The notes beneath the pieces were generated by a model. That model worked only from the letters and a program-made list of their open reading frames with translations. It ran no database searches and was not told the origin of the DNA. Of a stretch of 64,000 nt of DNA, positions 19,601-32,900 are shown piece by piece. The position numbers and the translations under genes were made by a program. The DNA is from Balanoglossus misakiensis (taxonomy: Eukaryota; Animalia; Hemichordata): contig CM082586.2 of NCBI GenBank assembly GCA_040954595.2, positions 11,067,337 to 11,131,336 of the forward strand, written 5' to 3'. Position 1 is the stretch's first letter. Each line of letters opens with the position of its first letter.

Positions 19601-22600
19601 TTTTCGTCGATTTTTGAAAAAAATCATGGGTGAAAATCATGAAAAAATGACAAATTTTCCTCTTTGCAAAATCTCAAAATTTCGTCGATTTTTGAAAAAA
19701 ATCATGGGTGAAAATCATGAAAAAATGACAAATTTTCCTCTTTGCAAAATCTCAAAATTTCGTCGTTTTTTGAAAAAAATCATGTGTGAAAATCATCAAA
19801 AAATGACAAATTTTGAAAAAAAAAAACTGGTGAAAATCATCAAAAAATGACACATTTACGACTTTGCAAAATCTCAAAATTTCGTCGATTTTTGAAAAAA
19901 AATCATGGGTGAAAATCATGAAAAAATGACAAATTTTGAAAAAAAAACGGGTGAAAATCATCAAAAAATGACACATTTTCGTCGACTTTGCAAAATCTCA
20001 AAATTTCGTCGATTTTTGAAAAAAATCATGGGGGAAAATCATGAAAAAATGACAAATTTTCCTCTGCAAAATCTCAAAATTTCGTCGATTTTTAAAAAAA
20101 GACATGGGTGAAAATCATCAAAAAATAACAAATTTTCGACTTTGCAAAATCTCAAAATTTCGTCCATTTTTGAAAAAAAATCATGGGTAAAAATCATCAA
20201 AAAATGACAAATTTTCGTCTTTGCAAAATCTCACAATTTCGTCGATTTTTGAAAAAAATCATGTGTGAAAATCATCAAAAAATGACAAATTTTCGACTTT
20301 GCAAAATCTCAAAATTTCGTCAATTTTTGAAAAAATCATGGGTGAAAATCATCAAAAAATGACAAATTTTCGTCTTTGCAAAATCTCAAAATTTCGTCCA
20401 TTTTCGACTTTGCAAAATCTCAAAATTTCGTCCATTTCTGAAAAAAAATTATGGGTAAAAATCATCAAAAATGACAAATTTTCATCTTTGCAAAATCTCA
20501 AATTTTCGTCGATTTTTGAAAAAAAATCATGGTTGAAAATCATCAAAAAATGACAAATTTTCGACTTTGCAAAATCTCAAAATTTCGTCCATTTTTGAAA
20601 AAAAATCATGGGTAAAAATCATCAAAAAATGACACATTTTCGACTTTGCAAAATCTCAAAATTTCGTCGATTTTTGAAAAAAAATCATGGGTGAAAATCA
20701 TCAAAAAATGACAAATTTTCGTCTTTGCAAAATCTCAAAATTTCGTCCATTTCTGAAAAAAAATTATGGGTAAAAATCATCAAAAATGACAAATTTTCAT
20801 CTTTGCAAAATCTCAAATTTTCGTCGATTTTTGAAAAAAAATCATGGTTGAAAATCATCAAAAAATGACAAAATTTTCGACTTTGCAAAATCTCAAAATT
20901 TCGTCGATTTTTGAAAAAAATCATGGGGGAAAATCATGAAAAAATGACAAATTTTCCTCTTTGCAAAATCTTAAAATTTCGTCGATTTTTGAAAAAAAAT
21001 CATGGGTGAAAATCATCAAAAAATGACAAATTTTCGTCTTTGCAAAATCTCAAAATTTCGTCCATTTTTGAAAAAAATCATGGGTGAAAATCATCAAAAA
21101 ATGACAAATTTTCGACTTTGCAAAATCTCAACATTTCGTCAATTTTTGAAAAAATCATGGGTGAAAATCATCAAAAAATGACAAATTTTCGACTTTGCAA
21201 AATCTCAAAATTTCGTCGATTTTTGAAAAAAATCATGGGGGAAAATCATGAAAAAATGACAAATTTTCCTCTCTGCAAAATCTCAAAATTTCGTCGATTT
21301 TTGAAAAAAAATCATGGGTGAAAATCATCAAAAAATGACAAATTTTCGTCTTTGCAAAATCTCAAAATTTCGTCCATTTTTGAAAAAAAATCATGGGTAA
21401 AAATCATCAAAAATGACAAATTTTCGTCTTTGCAAAATCTCAAATTTTCGTCGATTTTTGAAAAAAAATCATGGTTGAAAATCATCAAAAAATGACAAAA
21501 TTTTCGACTTTGTAAAATCACAAAATTTCGTCGATTTTGAAAAAAATCATAGGTTCGTCGATTTTTAAAAAAAAAACATGGGTGAAAATCATCAAAAAAT
21601 GACACATTTTCCTCTGCAAAATCTCAAAATTTCGTCGTTTTTTGAAAAAAAATCATTGGTGAAAATCATCAAAAAATGACAAATTTTCGTCTTTGCAAAA
21701 TCTCAAAATTTCGTCCATTTTTGAAAAAAAATCATGGGTAAAAATCATCAAAAATGACAAATTTTCGTCTTTGCAAAATCTCAAATTTTCGTCGATTTTT
21801 GAAAAAAAATCATGGGTGAAACTCATCAAAAAATGACAAATTTTCGTCTTTGCAAAATCTCAAAATTTCGTCCATTTTTGAAAAAAAATCATGGGTAAAA
21901 ATCATCAAAAATGACAAATTTTCGTCTTTGCAAAATCTCAAATTTTCGTCGATTTTTGAAAAAAAATCATGGTTGAAAATCATCAAAAAATGACAAAATT
22001 TTCGACTTTGTAAAATCACAAAATTTCGTCGATTTTGAAAAAAATCATAGGTTCGTCGATTTTTAAAAAAAAAACATGGGTGAAAATCATCAAAAAATGA
22101 CACATTTTCCTCTGCAAAATCTCAAAATTTCGTCGTTTTTTGAAAAAAAATCATTGGTGAAAATCATCAAAAAATGACAAATTTTCGTCTTTGCAAAATC
22201 TCAAAATTTCGTCCATTTTTGAAAAAAAATCATGGGTAAAAATCATCAAAAATGACAAATTTTCGTCTTTGCAAAATCTCAAATTTTCGTCGATTTTTGA
22301 AAAAAAATCATGGGGGAAAATCATGAAAAAATGACAAATTTTCCTCTTTGCAAAATCTCAAAATTTCGTCGATTTTTGAAAAAAATCATGGGTGAAAATC
22401 ATGAAAAAATGACAAATTTTCCTCTTTGCAAAATCTCAAAATTTCGTCGTTTTTTGAAAAAAATCATGTGTGAAAATCATCAAAAAATGACAAATTTTGA
22501 AAAAAAAAAACTGGTGAAAATCATCAAAAAATGACACATTTACGACTTTGCAAAATCTCAAAATTTCGTCGATTTTTGAAAAAAAATCATGGGTGAAAAT

Positions 22601-25600
22601 CATGAAAAAATGACAAATTTTGAAAAAAAAACGGGTGAAAATCATCAAAAAATGACACATTTTCGTCGACTTTGCAAAATCTCAAAATTTCGTCGATTTT
22701 TGAAAAAAATCATGGGGGAAAATCATGAAAAAATGACAAATTTTCCTCTGCAAAATCTCAAAATTTCGTCGATTTTTAAAAAAAGACATGGGTGAAAATC
22801 ATCAAAAAATAACAAATTTTCGACTTTGCAAAATCTCAAAATTTCGTCCATTTTTGAAAAAAAATCATGGGTAAAAATCATCAAAAATGACAAATTTTCG
22901 TCTTTGCAAAATCTCAAATTTTCGTCGATTTTTGAAAAAAAATCATGGGGGAAAATCATGAAAAAATGACAAATTTTCCTCTTTGCAAAATCTCAAAATT
23001 TCGTCGATTTTTGAAAAAAATCATGGGTGAAAATCATGAAAAAATGACAAATTTTCCTCTTTGCAAAATCTCAAAATTTCGTCGTTTTTTGAAAAAAATC
23101 ATGTGTGAAAATCATCAAAAAATGACAAATTTTGAAAAAAAAAAACTGGTGAAAATCATCAAAAAATGACACATTTACGACTTTGCAAAATCTCAAAATT
23201 TCGTCGATTTTTGAAAAAAAATCATGGGTGAAAATCATGAAAAAATGACAAATTTTGAAAAAAAAACGGGTGAAAATCATCAAAAAATGACACATTTTCG
23301 TCGACTTTGCAAAATCTCAAAATTTCGTCGATTTTTGAAAAAAATCATGGGGGAAAATCATGAAAAAATGACAAATTTTCCTCTGCAAAATCTCAAAATT
23401 TCGTCGATTTTTAAAAAAAGACATGGGTGAAAATCATCAAAAAATAACAAATTTTCGACTTTGCAAAATCTCAAAATTTCGTCCATTTTTGAAAAAAAAT
23501 CATGGGTAAAAATCATCAAAAAATGACAAATTTTCGTCTTTGCAAAATCTCACAATTTCGTCGATTTTTGAAAAAAATCATGTGTGAAAATCATCAAAAA
23601 ATGACAAATTTTCGACTTTGCAAAATCTCAAAATTTCGTCAATTTTTGAAAAAATCATGGGTGAAAATCATCAAAAAATGACAAATTTTCGTCTTTGCAA
23701 AATCTCAAAATTTCGTCCATTTTCGACTTTGCAAAATCTCAAAATTTCGTCCATTTCTGAAAAAAAATTATGGGTAAAAATCATCAAAAATGACAAATTT
23801 TCATCTTTGCAAAATCTCAAATTTTCGTCGATTTTTGAAAAAAAATCATGGTTGAAAATCATCAAAAAATGACAAATTTTCGACTTTGCAAAATCTCAAA
23901 ATTTCGTCCATTTTTGAAAAAAAATCATGGGTAAAAATCATCAAAAAATGACACATTTTCGACTTTGCAAAATCTCAAAATTTCGTCGATTTTTGAAAAA
24001 AAATCATGGGTGAAAATCATCAAAAAATGACAAATTTTCGTCTTTGCAAAATCTCAAAATTTCGTCCATTTCTGAAAAAAAATTATGGGTAAAAATCATC
24101 AAAAATGACAAATTTTCATCTTTGCAAAATCTCAAATTTTCGTCGATTTTTGAAAAAAAATCATGGTTGAAAATCATCAAAAAATGACAAAATTTTCGAC
24201 TTTGCAAAATCTCAAAATTTCGTCGATTTTTGAAAAAAATCATGGGGGAAAATCATGAAAAAATGACAAATTTTCCTCTTTGCAAAATCTTAAAATTTCG
24301 TCGATTTTTGAAAAAAAATCATGGGTGAAAATCATCAAAAAATGACAAATTTTCGTCTTTGCAAAATCTCAAAATTTCGTCCATTTTTGAAAAAAATCAT
24401 GGGTGAAAATCATCAAAAAATGACAAATTTTCGACTTTGCAAAATCTCAACATTTCGTCAATTTTTGAAAAAATCATGGGTGAAAATCATCAAAAAATGA
24501 CAAATTTTCGACTTTGCAAAATCTCAAAATTTCGTCGATTTTTGAAAAAAATCATGGGGGAAAATCATGAAAAAATGACAAATTTTCCTCTCTGCAAAAT
24601 CTCAAAATTTCGTCGATTTTTGAAAAAAAATCATGGGTGAAAATCATCAAAAAATGACAAATTTTCGTCTTTGCAAAATCTCAAAATTTCGTCCATTTTT
24701 GAAAAAAAATCATGGGTAAAAATCATCAAAAATGACAAATTTTCGTCTTTGCAAAATCTCAAATTTTCGTCGATTTTTGAAAAAAAATCATGGTTGAAAA
24801 TCATCAAAAAATGACAAAATTTTCGACTTTGTAAAATCACAAAATTTCGTCGATTTTGAAAAAAATCATAGGTTCGTCGATTTTTAAAAAAAAAACATGG
24901 GTGAAAATCATCAAAAAATGACACATTTTCCTCTGCAAAATCTCAAAATTTCGTCGTTTTTTGAAAAAAAATCATTGGTGAAAATCATCAAAAAATGACA
25001 AATTTTCGTCTTTGCAAAATCTCAAAATTTCGTCCATTTTTGAAAAAAAATCATGGGTAAAAATCATCAAAAATGACAAATTTTCGTCTTTGCAAAATCT
25101 CAAATTTTCGTCGATTTTTGAAAAAAAATCATGGGGGAAAATCATGAAAAAATGACAAATTTTCCTCTTTGCAAAATCTCAAAATTTCGTCGATTTTTGA
25201 AAAAAATCATGGGTGAAAATCATGAAAAAATGACAAATTTTCCTCTTTGCAAAATCTCAAAATTTCGTCGTTTTTTGAAAAAAATCATGTGTGAAAATCA
25301 TCAAAAAATGACAAATTTTGAAAAAAAAACGGGTGAAAATCATCAAAAAATGACACATTTTCGTCGACTTTGCAAAATCTCAAAATTTCGTCGATTTTTG
25401 AAAAAAATCATGGGGGAAAATCATGAAAAAATGACAAATTTTCCTCTGCAAAATCTCAAAATTTCGTCGATTTTTAAAAAAAGACATGGGTGAAAATCAT
25501 CAAAAAATAACAAATTTTCGACTTTGCAAAATCTCAACATTTCGTCAATTTTTGAAAAAATCATGGGTGAAAATCATCAAAAAATGACAAATTTTCGACT

Positions 25601-26100
25601 TTGCAAAATCTCAAAATTTCGTCGATTTTTGAAAAAAATCATGGGGGAAAATCATGAAAAAATGACAAATTTTCCTCTCTGCAAAATCTCAAAATTTCGT
25701 CCATTTTTGAAAAAAAATCATGGGTAAAAATCATCAAAAAATGACAAATTTTCGTCTTTGCAAAATCTCACAATTTCGTCGATTTTTGAAAAAAATCATG
25801 TGTGAAAATCATCAAAAAATGACAAATTTTCGACTTTGCAAAATCTCAAAATTTCGTCAATTTTTGAAAAAATCATGGGTGAAAATCATCAAAAAATGAC
25901 AAATTTTCGTCTTTGCAAAATCTCAAAATTTCGTCCATTTTCGACTTTGCAAAATCTCAAAATTTCGTCCATTTCTGAAAAAAAATTATGGGTAAAAATC
26001 ATCAAAAATGACAAATTTTCATCTTTGCAAAATCTCAAATTTTCGTCGATTTTTGAAAAAAAATCATGGTTGAAAATCATCAAAAAATGACAAAATTTTC
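16660..26100 (+). repeat. Left satellite domain with a ~1.8-2.1 kb higher-order repeat
   Basis: Identical ORF-track peptides recur at offsets 1795 (17774/19569, 18504/20299), 2107 (16783/18890), 3319 (20299/23618), 635 and 498. Variants seen essentially only here: AACTGGTGAA, CACATTTACGAC, TTCGTCGACTTTG, TCTCACAATTT, CATGTGTGAA. Confidence 0.85.
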
Positions 26101-26999
26101 GACTTTGCAAAATCTCAACATTTCGTCGATTTTTGAAAAAAATCATGGGTGAAAATCATCAAAAAATGACAATTTTTCGACTTTGCAAAATCTCAACATT
26201 TCGTCGATTTTTGAAGAAAATCATGGGTGAAAATCATCAAAAAATGACAAATTTTCGACTTTGCAAAATCTCAAAATTTTTTCGATTTTTGAAAAAAGAC
26301 ATGGGTGAAAATCATCAAAAAATGACAAATTTTCGACTTTGCAAAATCTCAAAATTTCGTCGATTTTTGAAAAAAATCATGGGGGAAAATCATGAAAAAA
26401 ATGACAAATTTTCCTCTTTGCAAAATCTCAAAATTTCGTCGATTTTTGAAAAAAATCATGGGTGAAAATCATCAAAAAAATGACAAATTTTCGACTTTGC
26501 AAAATCTCAAAATTTTGTTGATTTTTGAAAAAAATCATAGGTGAAAATCATCAAAAAATGACAAATTTTCGACTTTGCAAAATCTCAAAATTTCGTCAAT
26601 TTTTGAAGAAAATCATGGGTGAAAATCATCAAAAAATGACAAATTTTCGACTTTGCAAAATCTCAAAATTTTTTCGATTTTTGAAAAAAGACATGGGTGA
26701 AAATCATCAAAAAATGACAAATTTTCGACTTTGCAAAATCTCAAAATTTCGTCGATTTTTGAAAAAAATCATGGGGGAAAATCATGAAAAAAATGACAAA
26801 TTTTCCTCTTTGCAAAATCTCAAAATTTCGTCGATTTTTAAAAAAAGACATGGGTGAAAATCATCAAAAAATAACAAATTTTCGACTTTGCAAAATCTCA
26901 AAATTTCGTCCATTTTTGAAAAAAAATCATTGGTAAAAATCATCAAAAAATGACACATTTTCGACTTTGCAAAATCTCAAAATTTCGTCGATTTTTGAA

Positions 27000-29900
27000 A
27001 AAAAATCATGGGTGAAAATCATCAAAAAATGACAAATTTTCGTCTTTGCAAAATCTCAAAATTTCGTCCATTTCTGAAAAAAAATTATGGGTAAAAATCA
27101 TCAAAAATGACAAATTTTCATCTTTGCAAAATCTCAAATTTTCGTCGATTTTTGAAAAAAAATCATGTTTGAAAATCATCAAAAAATGACAAAATTTTCG
27201 ACTTTGCAAAATCTCAAAATTTCGTCGATTTTTGAAAAAAATCATGGGGGAAAATCATGAAAAAATGACAAATTTTCCTCTTTGCAAAATCTTAAAATTT
27301 CGTCGATTTTTGAAAAAAAATCATGGGTGAAAATCATCAAAAAATGACAAATTTTCGTCTTTGCAAAATCTCAAAATTTCGTCCATTTTTGAAAAAAAAT
27401 TATGGGTAAAAATCATCAAAAATGACAAATTTTCATCTTTGCAAAATCTCAAATTTTCGTCGATTTTTGAAAAAAAATCATGGTTGAAAATCATCAAAAA
27501 ATGACAAAATTTTCGACTTTGCAAAATCTCAACATTTCGTCGATTTTTGAAAAAAATCATGGGTGAAAATCATCAAAAAATGACAATTTTTCGACTTTGC
27601 AAAATCTCAACATTTCGTCGATTTTTGAAAAAAATCATGGGTGAAAATCATCAAAAAATGACAAATTTTCGACTTCGCAAAATCTCAAAATTTCGTCGAT
27701 TTTTGAAAAAAATCATGGGTGAAAATAATCAAAAAATGACAAATTTTCGACTTTGCAAAATCTCAAAATTTCGTCGATTTTTGAAGAAAATCATGGGTGA
27801 AAATCATCAAAAAATGACAAATTTTCGACTTTGCAAAATCTCAAAATTTCGTCGATTTTTGAAAAAATCATGGGTGAAAATCATGACAAAATGACAAATT
27901 TTCGACTTTGCAAAATCTGAAAATTTCGTCGATTTTTGAAAAAAATCATGGGGGAAAATGATCAAAAAATGACAAATTTTCGACTGCAAAATCTCAAAAT
28001 TTCGTCAATTTTGAAAAAAATCATGGTTGAAAATCATCAAAAAATGACAATTTTTTTACTGCAAAATCTCAAAATTTCATCGATTTTTGAAAAAAATCAT
28101 GGGTAAAAATCATCAAAAAATGACACATTTTCGACTTTGCAAAATCTCAAAATTTCGTCGATTTTTGAAAAAAAATCATGGGTGAAAATCATCAAAAAAT
28201 GACAAATTTTCGTCTTTGCAAAATCTCAAAATTTCGTCCATTTCTGAAAAAAAATTATGGGTAAAAATCATCAAAAATGACAAATTTTCATCTTTGCAAA
28301 ATCTCAAATTTTCGTCGATTTTGAAAAAAATCATAGGTACGTCGATTTTTTTAAAAAAAACATGGGTGAAAATCATCAAAAAATGACAAATTTTCGACTT
28401 TGCAAAATCTCAAAATTTCGTCGATTTTTGAAAAAAATCATGGGTGAAAATCATCAAAAAAATGACAAATTTTCGACTTTGCAAAATCTCAAAATTTTGT
28501 TGATTTTTGAAAAAAATCATAGGTGAAAATCATCAAAAAATGACAAATTTTCGACTTTGCAAAATCTCAAAATTTCGTCAATTTTTGAAGAAAATCATGG
28601 GTGAAAATCATCAAAAAATGACAAATTTTCGACTTTGCAAAATCTCAAAATTTTTTCGATTTTTTAAAAAAGACATGGGTGAAAATCATCAAAAAATGAC
28701 AAATTTTCGACTTTGCAAAATCTCAAAATTTCGTCGATTTTTGAAAAAAATCATGGGGGAAAATCATGAAAAAAATGACAAATTTTCCTCTTTGCAAAAT
28801 CTCAAAATTTCGTCGATTTTTAAAAAAAGACATGGGTGAAAATCATCAAAAAATAACAAATTTTCGACTTTGCAAAATCTCAAAATTTCGTCCATTTTTG
28901 AAAAAAAATCATGGGTAAAAATCATCAAAAAATGACACATTTTCGACTTTGCAAAATCTCAAAATTTCGTCGATTTTTGAAAAAAAATCATGGGTGAAAA
29001 TCATCAAAAAATGACAAATTTTCGTCTTTGCAAAATCTCAAAATTTCGTCCATTTCTGAAAAAAAATTATGGGTAAAAATCATCAAAAATGACAAATTTT
29101 CATCTTTGCAAAATCTCAAATTTTCGTCGATTTTTGAAAAAAAATCATGTTTGAAAATCATCAAAAAATGACAAAATTTTCGACTTTGCAAAATCTCAAA
29201 ATTTCGTCGATTTTTGAAAAAAATCATGGGGGAAAATCATGAAAAAATGACAAATTTTCCTCTTTGCAAAATCTTAAAATTTCGTCGATTTTTGAAAAAA
29301 AATCATGGGTGAAAATCATCAAAAAATGACAAATTTTCGTCTTTGCAAAATCTCAAAATTTCGTCCATTTTTGAAAAAAAATTATGGGTAAAAATCATCA
29401 AAAATGACAAATTTTCATCTTTGCAAAATCTCAAATTTTCGTCGATTTTTGAAAAAAAATCATGGTTGAAAATCATCAAAAAATGACAAAATTTTCGACT
29501 TTGCAAAATCTCAACATTTCGTCGATTTTTGAAAAAAATCATGGGTGAAAATCATCAAAAAATGACAATTTTTCGACTTTGCAAAATCTCAACATTTCGT
29601 CGATTTTTGAAAAAAATCATGGGTGAAAATCATCAAAAAATGACAAATTTTCGACTTCGCAAAATCTCAAAATTTCGTCGATTTTTGAAAAAAATCATGG
29701 GTGAAAATAATCAAAAAATGACAAATTTTCGACTTTGCAAAATCTCAAAATTTCGTCGATTTTTGAAGAAAATCATGGGTGAAAATCATCAAAAAATGAC
29801 AAATTTTCGACTTTGCAAAATCTCAAAATTTCGTCGATTTTTGAAAAAATCATGGGTGAAAATCATGAAAAAATGACAAATTTTCGACTTTGCAAAATCT

Positions 29901-32900
29901 GAAAATTTCGTCGATTTTTGAAAAAAATCATGGGGGAAAATGATCAAAAAATGACAAATTTTCGACTGCAAAATCTCAAAATTTCGTCAATTTTGAAAAA
30001 AATCATGGTTGAAAATCATCAAAAAATGACAATTTTTTTACTGCAAAATCTCAAAATTTCATCGATTTTTGAAAAAAATCATGGGTAAAAATCATCAAAA
30101 AATGACACATTTTCGACTTTGCAAAATCTCAAAATTTCGTCGATTTTTGAAAAAAAATCATGGGTGAAAATCATCAAAAAATGACAAATTTTCGTCTTTG
30201 CAAAATCTCAAAATTTCGTCCATTTCTGAAAAAAAATTATGGGTAAAAATCATCAAAAATGACAAATTTTCATCTTTGCAAAATCTCAAATTTTCGTCGA
30301 TTTTGAAAAAAATCATAGGTACGTCGATTTTTTTAAAAAAAACATGGGTGAAAATCATCAAAAAATGACAAATTTTCGACTTTGCAAAATCTCAAAATTT
30401 CGTCGATTTTTGAAAAAAATCATGGGTGAAAATCATCAAAAAATGACAAATTTTCGACTTTGCAAAATCTCAAAATTTCGTCGATTTTTGAAAAAAATCA
30501 TGGGTGAAAATCATGAAAAAATGACAAATTTTGAAAAAAAAACGGGTGAAAATCATCAAAAAATGACACATTTTCGACTTTGCAAAATCTCAAAATTTCG
30601 TCCATTTCTGAAAAAAAATTATGGGTAAAAATCATCAAAAATGACAAATTTTCATCTTTGCAAAATCTCAAATTTTCGTCGATTTTTGAAAAAAAATCAT
30701 GGTTGAAAATCATCAAAAAATGACAAAATTTTCGACTTTGCAAAATCTCAACATTTCGTCGATTTTTGAAAAAAATCATGGGTGAAAATCATCAAAAAAT
30801 GACAATTTTTCGACTTTGCAAAATCTCAACATTTCGTCGATTTTTGAAGAAAATCATGGGTGAAAATCATCAAAAAATGACAAATTTTCGACTTTGCAAA
30901 ATCTCAAAATTTTTTCGATTTTGAAAAAAATCATAGGTTCGTCGATTTTTAAAAAAAAAACATGGGTGAAAATCATCAAAAAATGACACATTTTCGACTT
31001 TGCAAAATCTCAAAATTTCGTCGATTTTTGAAAAAAATCATGGGTGAAAATCATCAAAAAATGACAAAATTTTCGACTTTGCAAAATCTCAAAATTTCGT
31101 CGATTTTTGAAAAAAAATCATGGTTAAAAATCATCAAAAAATGACAAAATTTTCGACTTTGCAAAATCACAAAATTTCGTCGATTTTGAAAACAATCATA
31201 GGTACGTCGATTTTTTTAAAAAAAACATGGGTGAAAATCATCAAAAAATGACAAATTTTCGACTTTGCAAAATCTCAAAATTTCGTCGATTTTTGAAAAA
31301 ATCATGGGTGAAAATCATCAAAAAATGACAAATTTTCGACTGCAAAATCTCAAAATTTCGTCGATTTTTGAAAAAAAATCATGGGTGAAAAATCATCAAA
31401 AAATGACAAATTTTCGACTTTGCAAAATCTCAAAATTTCGTCAATTTTTGAAGAAAATCATGGGTGAAAATCATCAAAAAATGACAAATTTTCGACTTTG
31501 CAAAATCTCAAAATTTTTTCGATTTTTGAAAAAAGACATGGGTGAAAATCATCAAAAAATGACAAATTTTCGACTTTGCAAAATCTCAAAATTTCGTCGA
31601 TTTTTGAAAAAATCATGGGTGAAAATCATCAAAAAATGACAAATTTTCGACTGCAAAATCTCAAAATTTCGTCGATTTTTGAAAAAAAATCATGGGTGAA
31701 AAATCATCAAAAAATGACAAATTTTCGACTTTGCAAAATCTCAAAATTTAGTCAATTTTTGAAAAAATCATGGGTGAAAATCATCAAAAAATGACAAATT
31801 TTCATGTTTGCAAAATCTCAAAATTTCGTCGGTTTTTGAAAAATAATATGGGTGAAAATCATCAAAAAATGACAAATTTTCGACTGCAAAAACTCAAAAT
31901 TTCATCAATTTTGAAAAAAATCATGGGTGAAAATCATCAAAAAATGACAAATTTTCCTCTTTGCAAAATCTATAAATTTCGTCGATTTTTGAAAAATTTT
32001 CAACTTTGCAAAATCTCAAAATTTCGTCGATTTTTGAAAAAAATCATGGGGGAAAATCATCAAAAAATGACACATTTTCGACTTTGCAAAATCTCAAAAT
32101 TTCGTCGATTTTTGAAAAAAAATCATGGGTGAAAATCATCAAAAAATGACAAATTTTGAAAAAAAACGGGTGAAAATCATCAAAAAATGACACATTTTCG
32201 ACTTTGCAAAATCTCAAAATTTCGTCGATTTTTGAAAAAATCATGGGTGAAAATCATCAAAAAATGACAAATTTTCGACTGCAAAATCTCAAAATTTCGT
32301 CGATTTTTGAAAAAAAATCATGGGTGAAAAATCATCAAAAAATGACAAATTTTCGACTTTGCAAAATCTCAAAATTTCGTCGATTTTTGAAAAAAATCAT
32401 GGGGGAAAATCATGAAAAAAATGACAAATTTTCCTCTTTGCAAAATCTCAAAATTTCGTCGATTTTTAAAAAAAGACATGGGTGAAAATCATCAAAAAAT
32501 AACAAATTTTCGACTTTGCAAAATCTCAAAATTTCGTCCATTTTTGAAAAAAAATCATGGGTAAAAATCATCAAAAAATGACACATTTTCGACTTTGCAA
32601 AATCTCAAAATTTCGTCGATTTTTGAAAAAAAATCATGGGTGAAAATCATCAAAAAATGACAAATTTTCGTCTTTGCAAAATCTCAAAATTTCGTCCATT
32701 TCTGAAAAAAAATTATGGGTAAAAATCATCAAAAATGACAAATTTTCATCTTTGCAAAATCTCAAATTTTCGTCGATTTTGAAAAAAATCATAGGTACGT
32801 CGATTTTTTTAAAAAAAACATGGGTGAAAATCATCAAAAAATGACAAATTTTCGACTTTGCAAAATCTCAAAATTTCGTCGATTTTTGAAAAAATCATGG

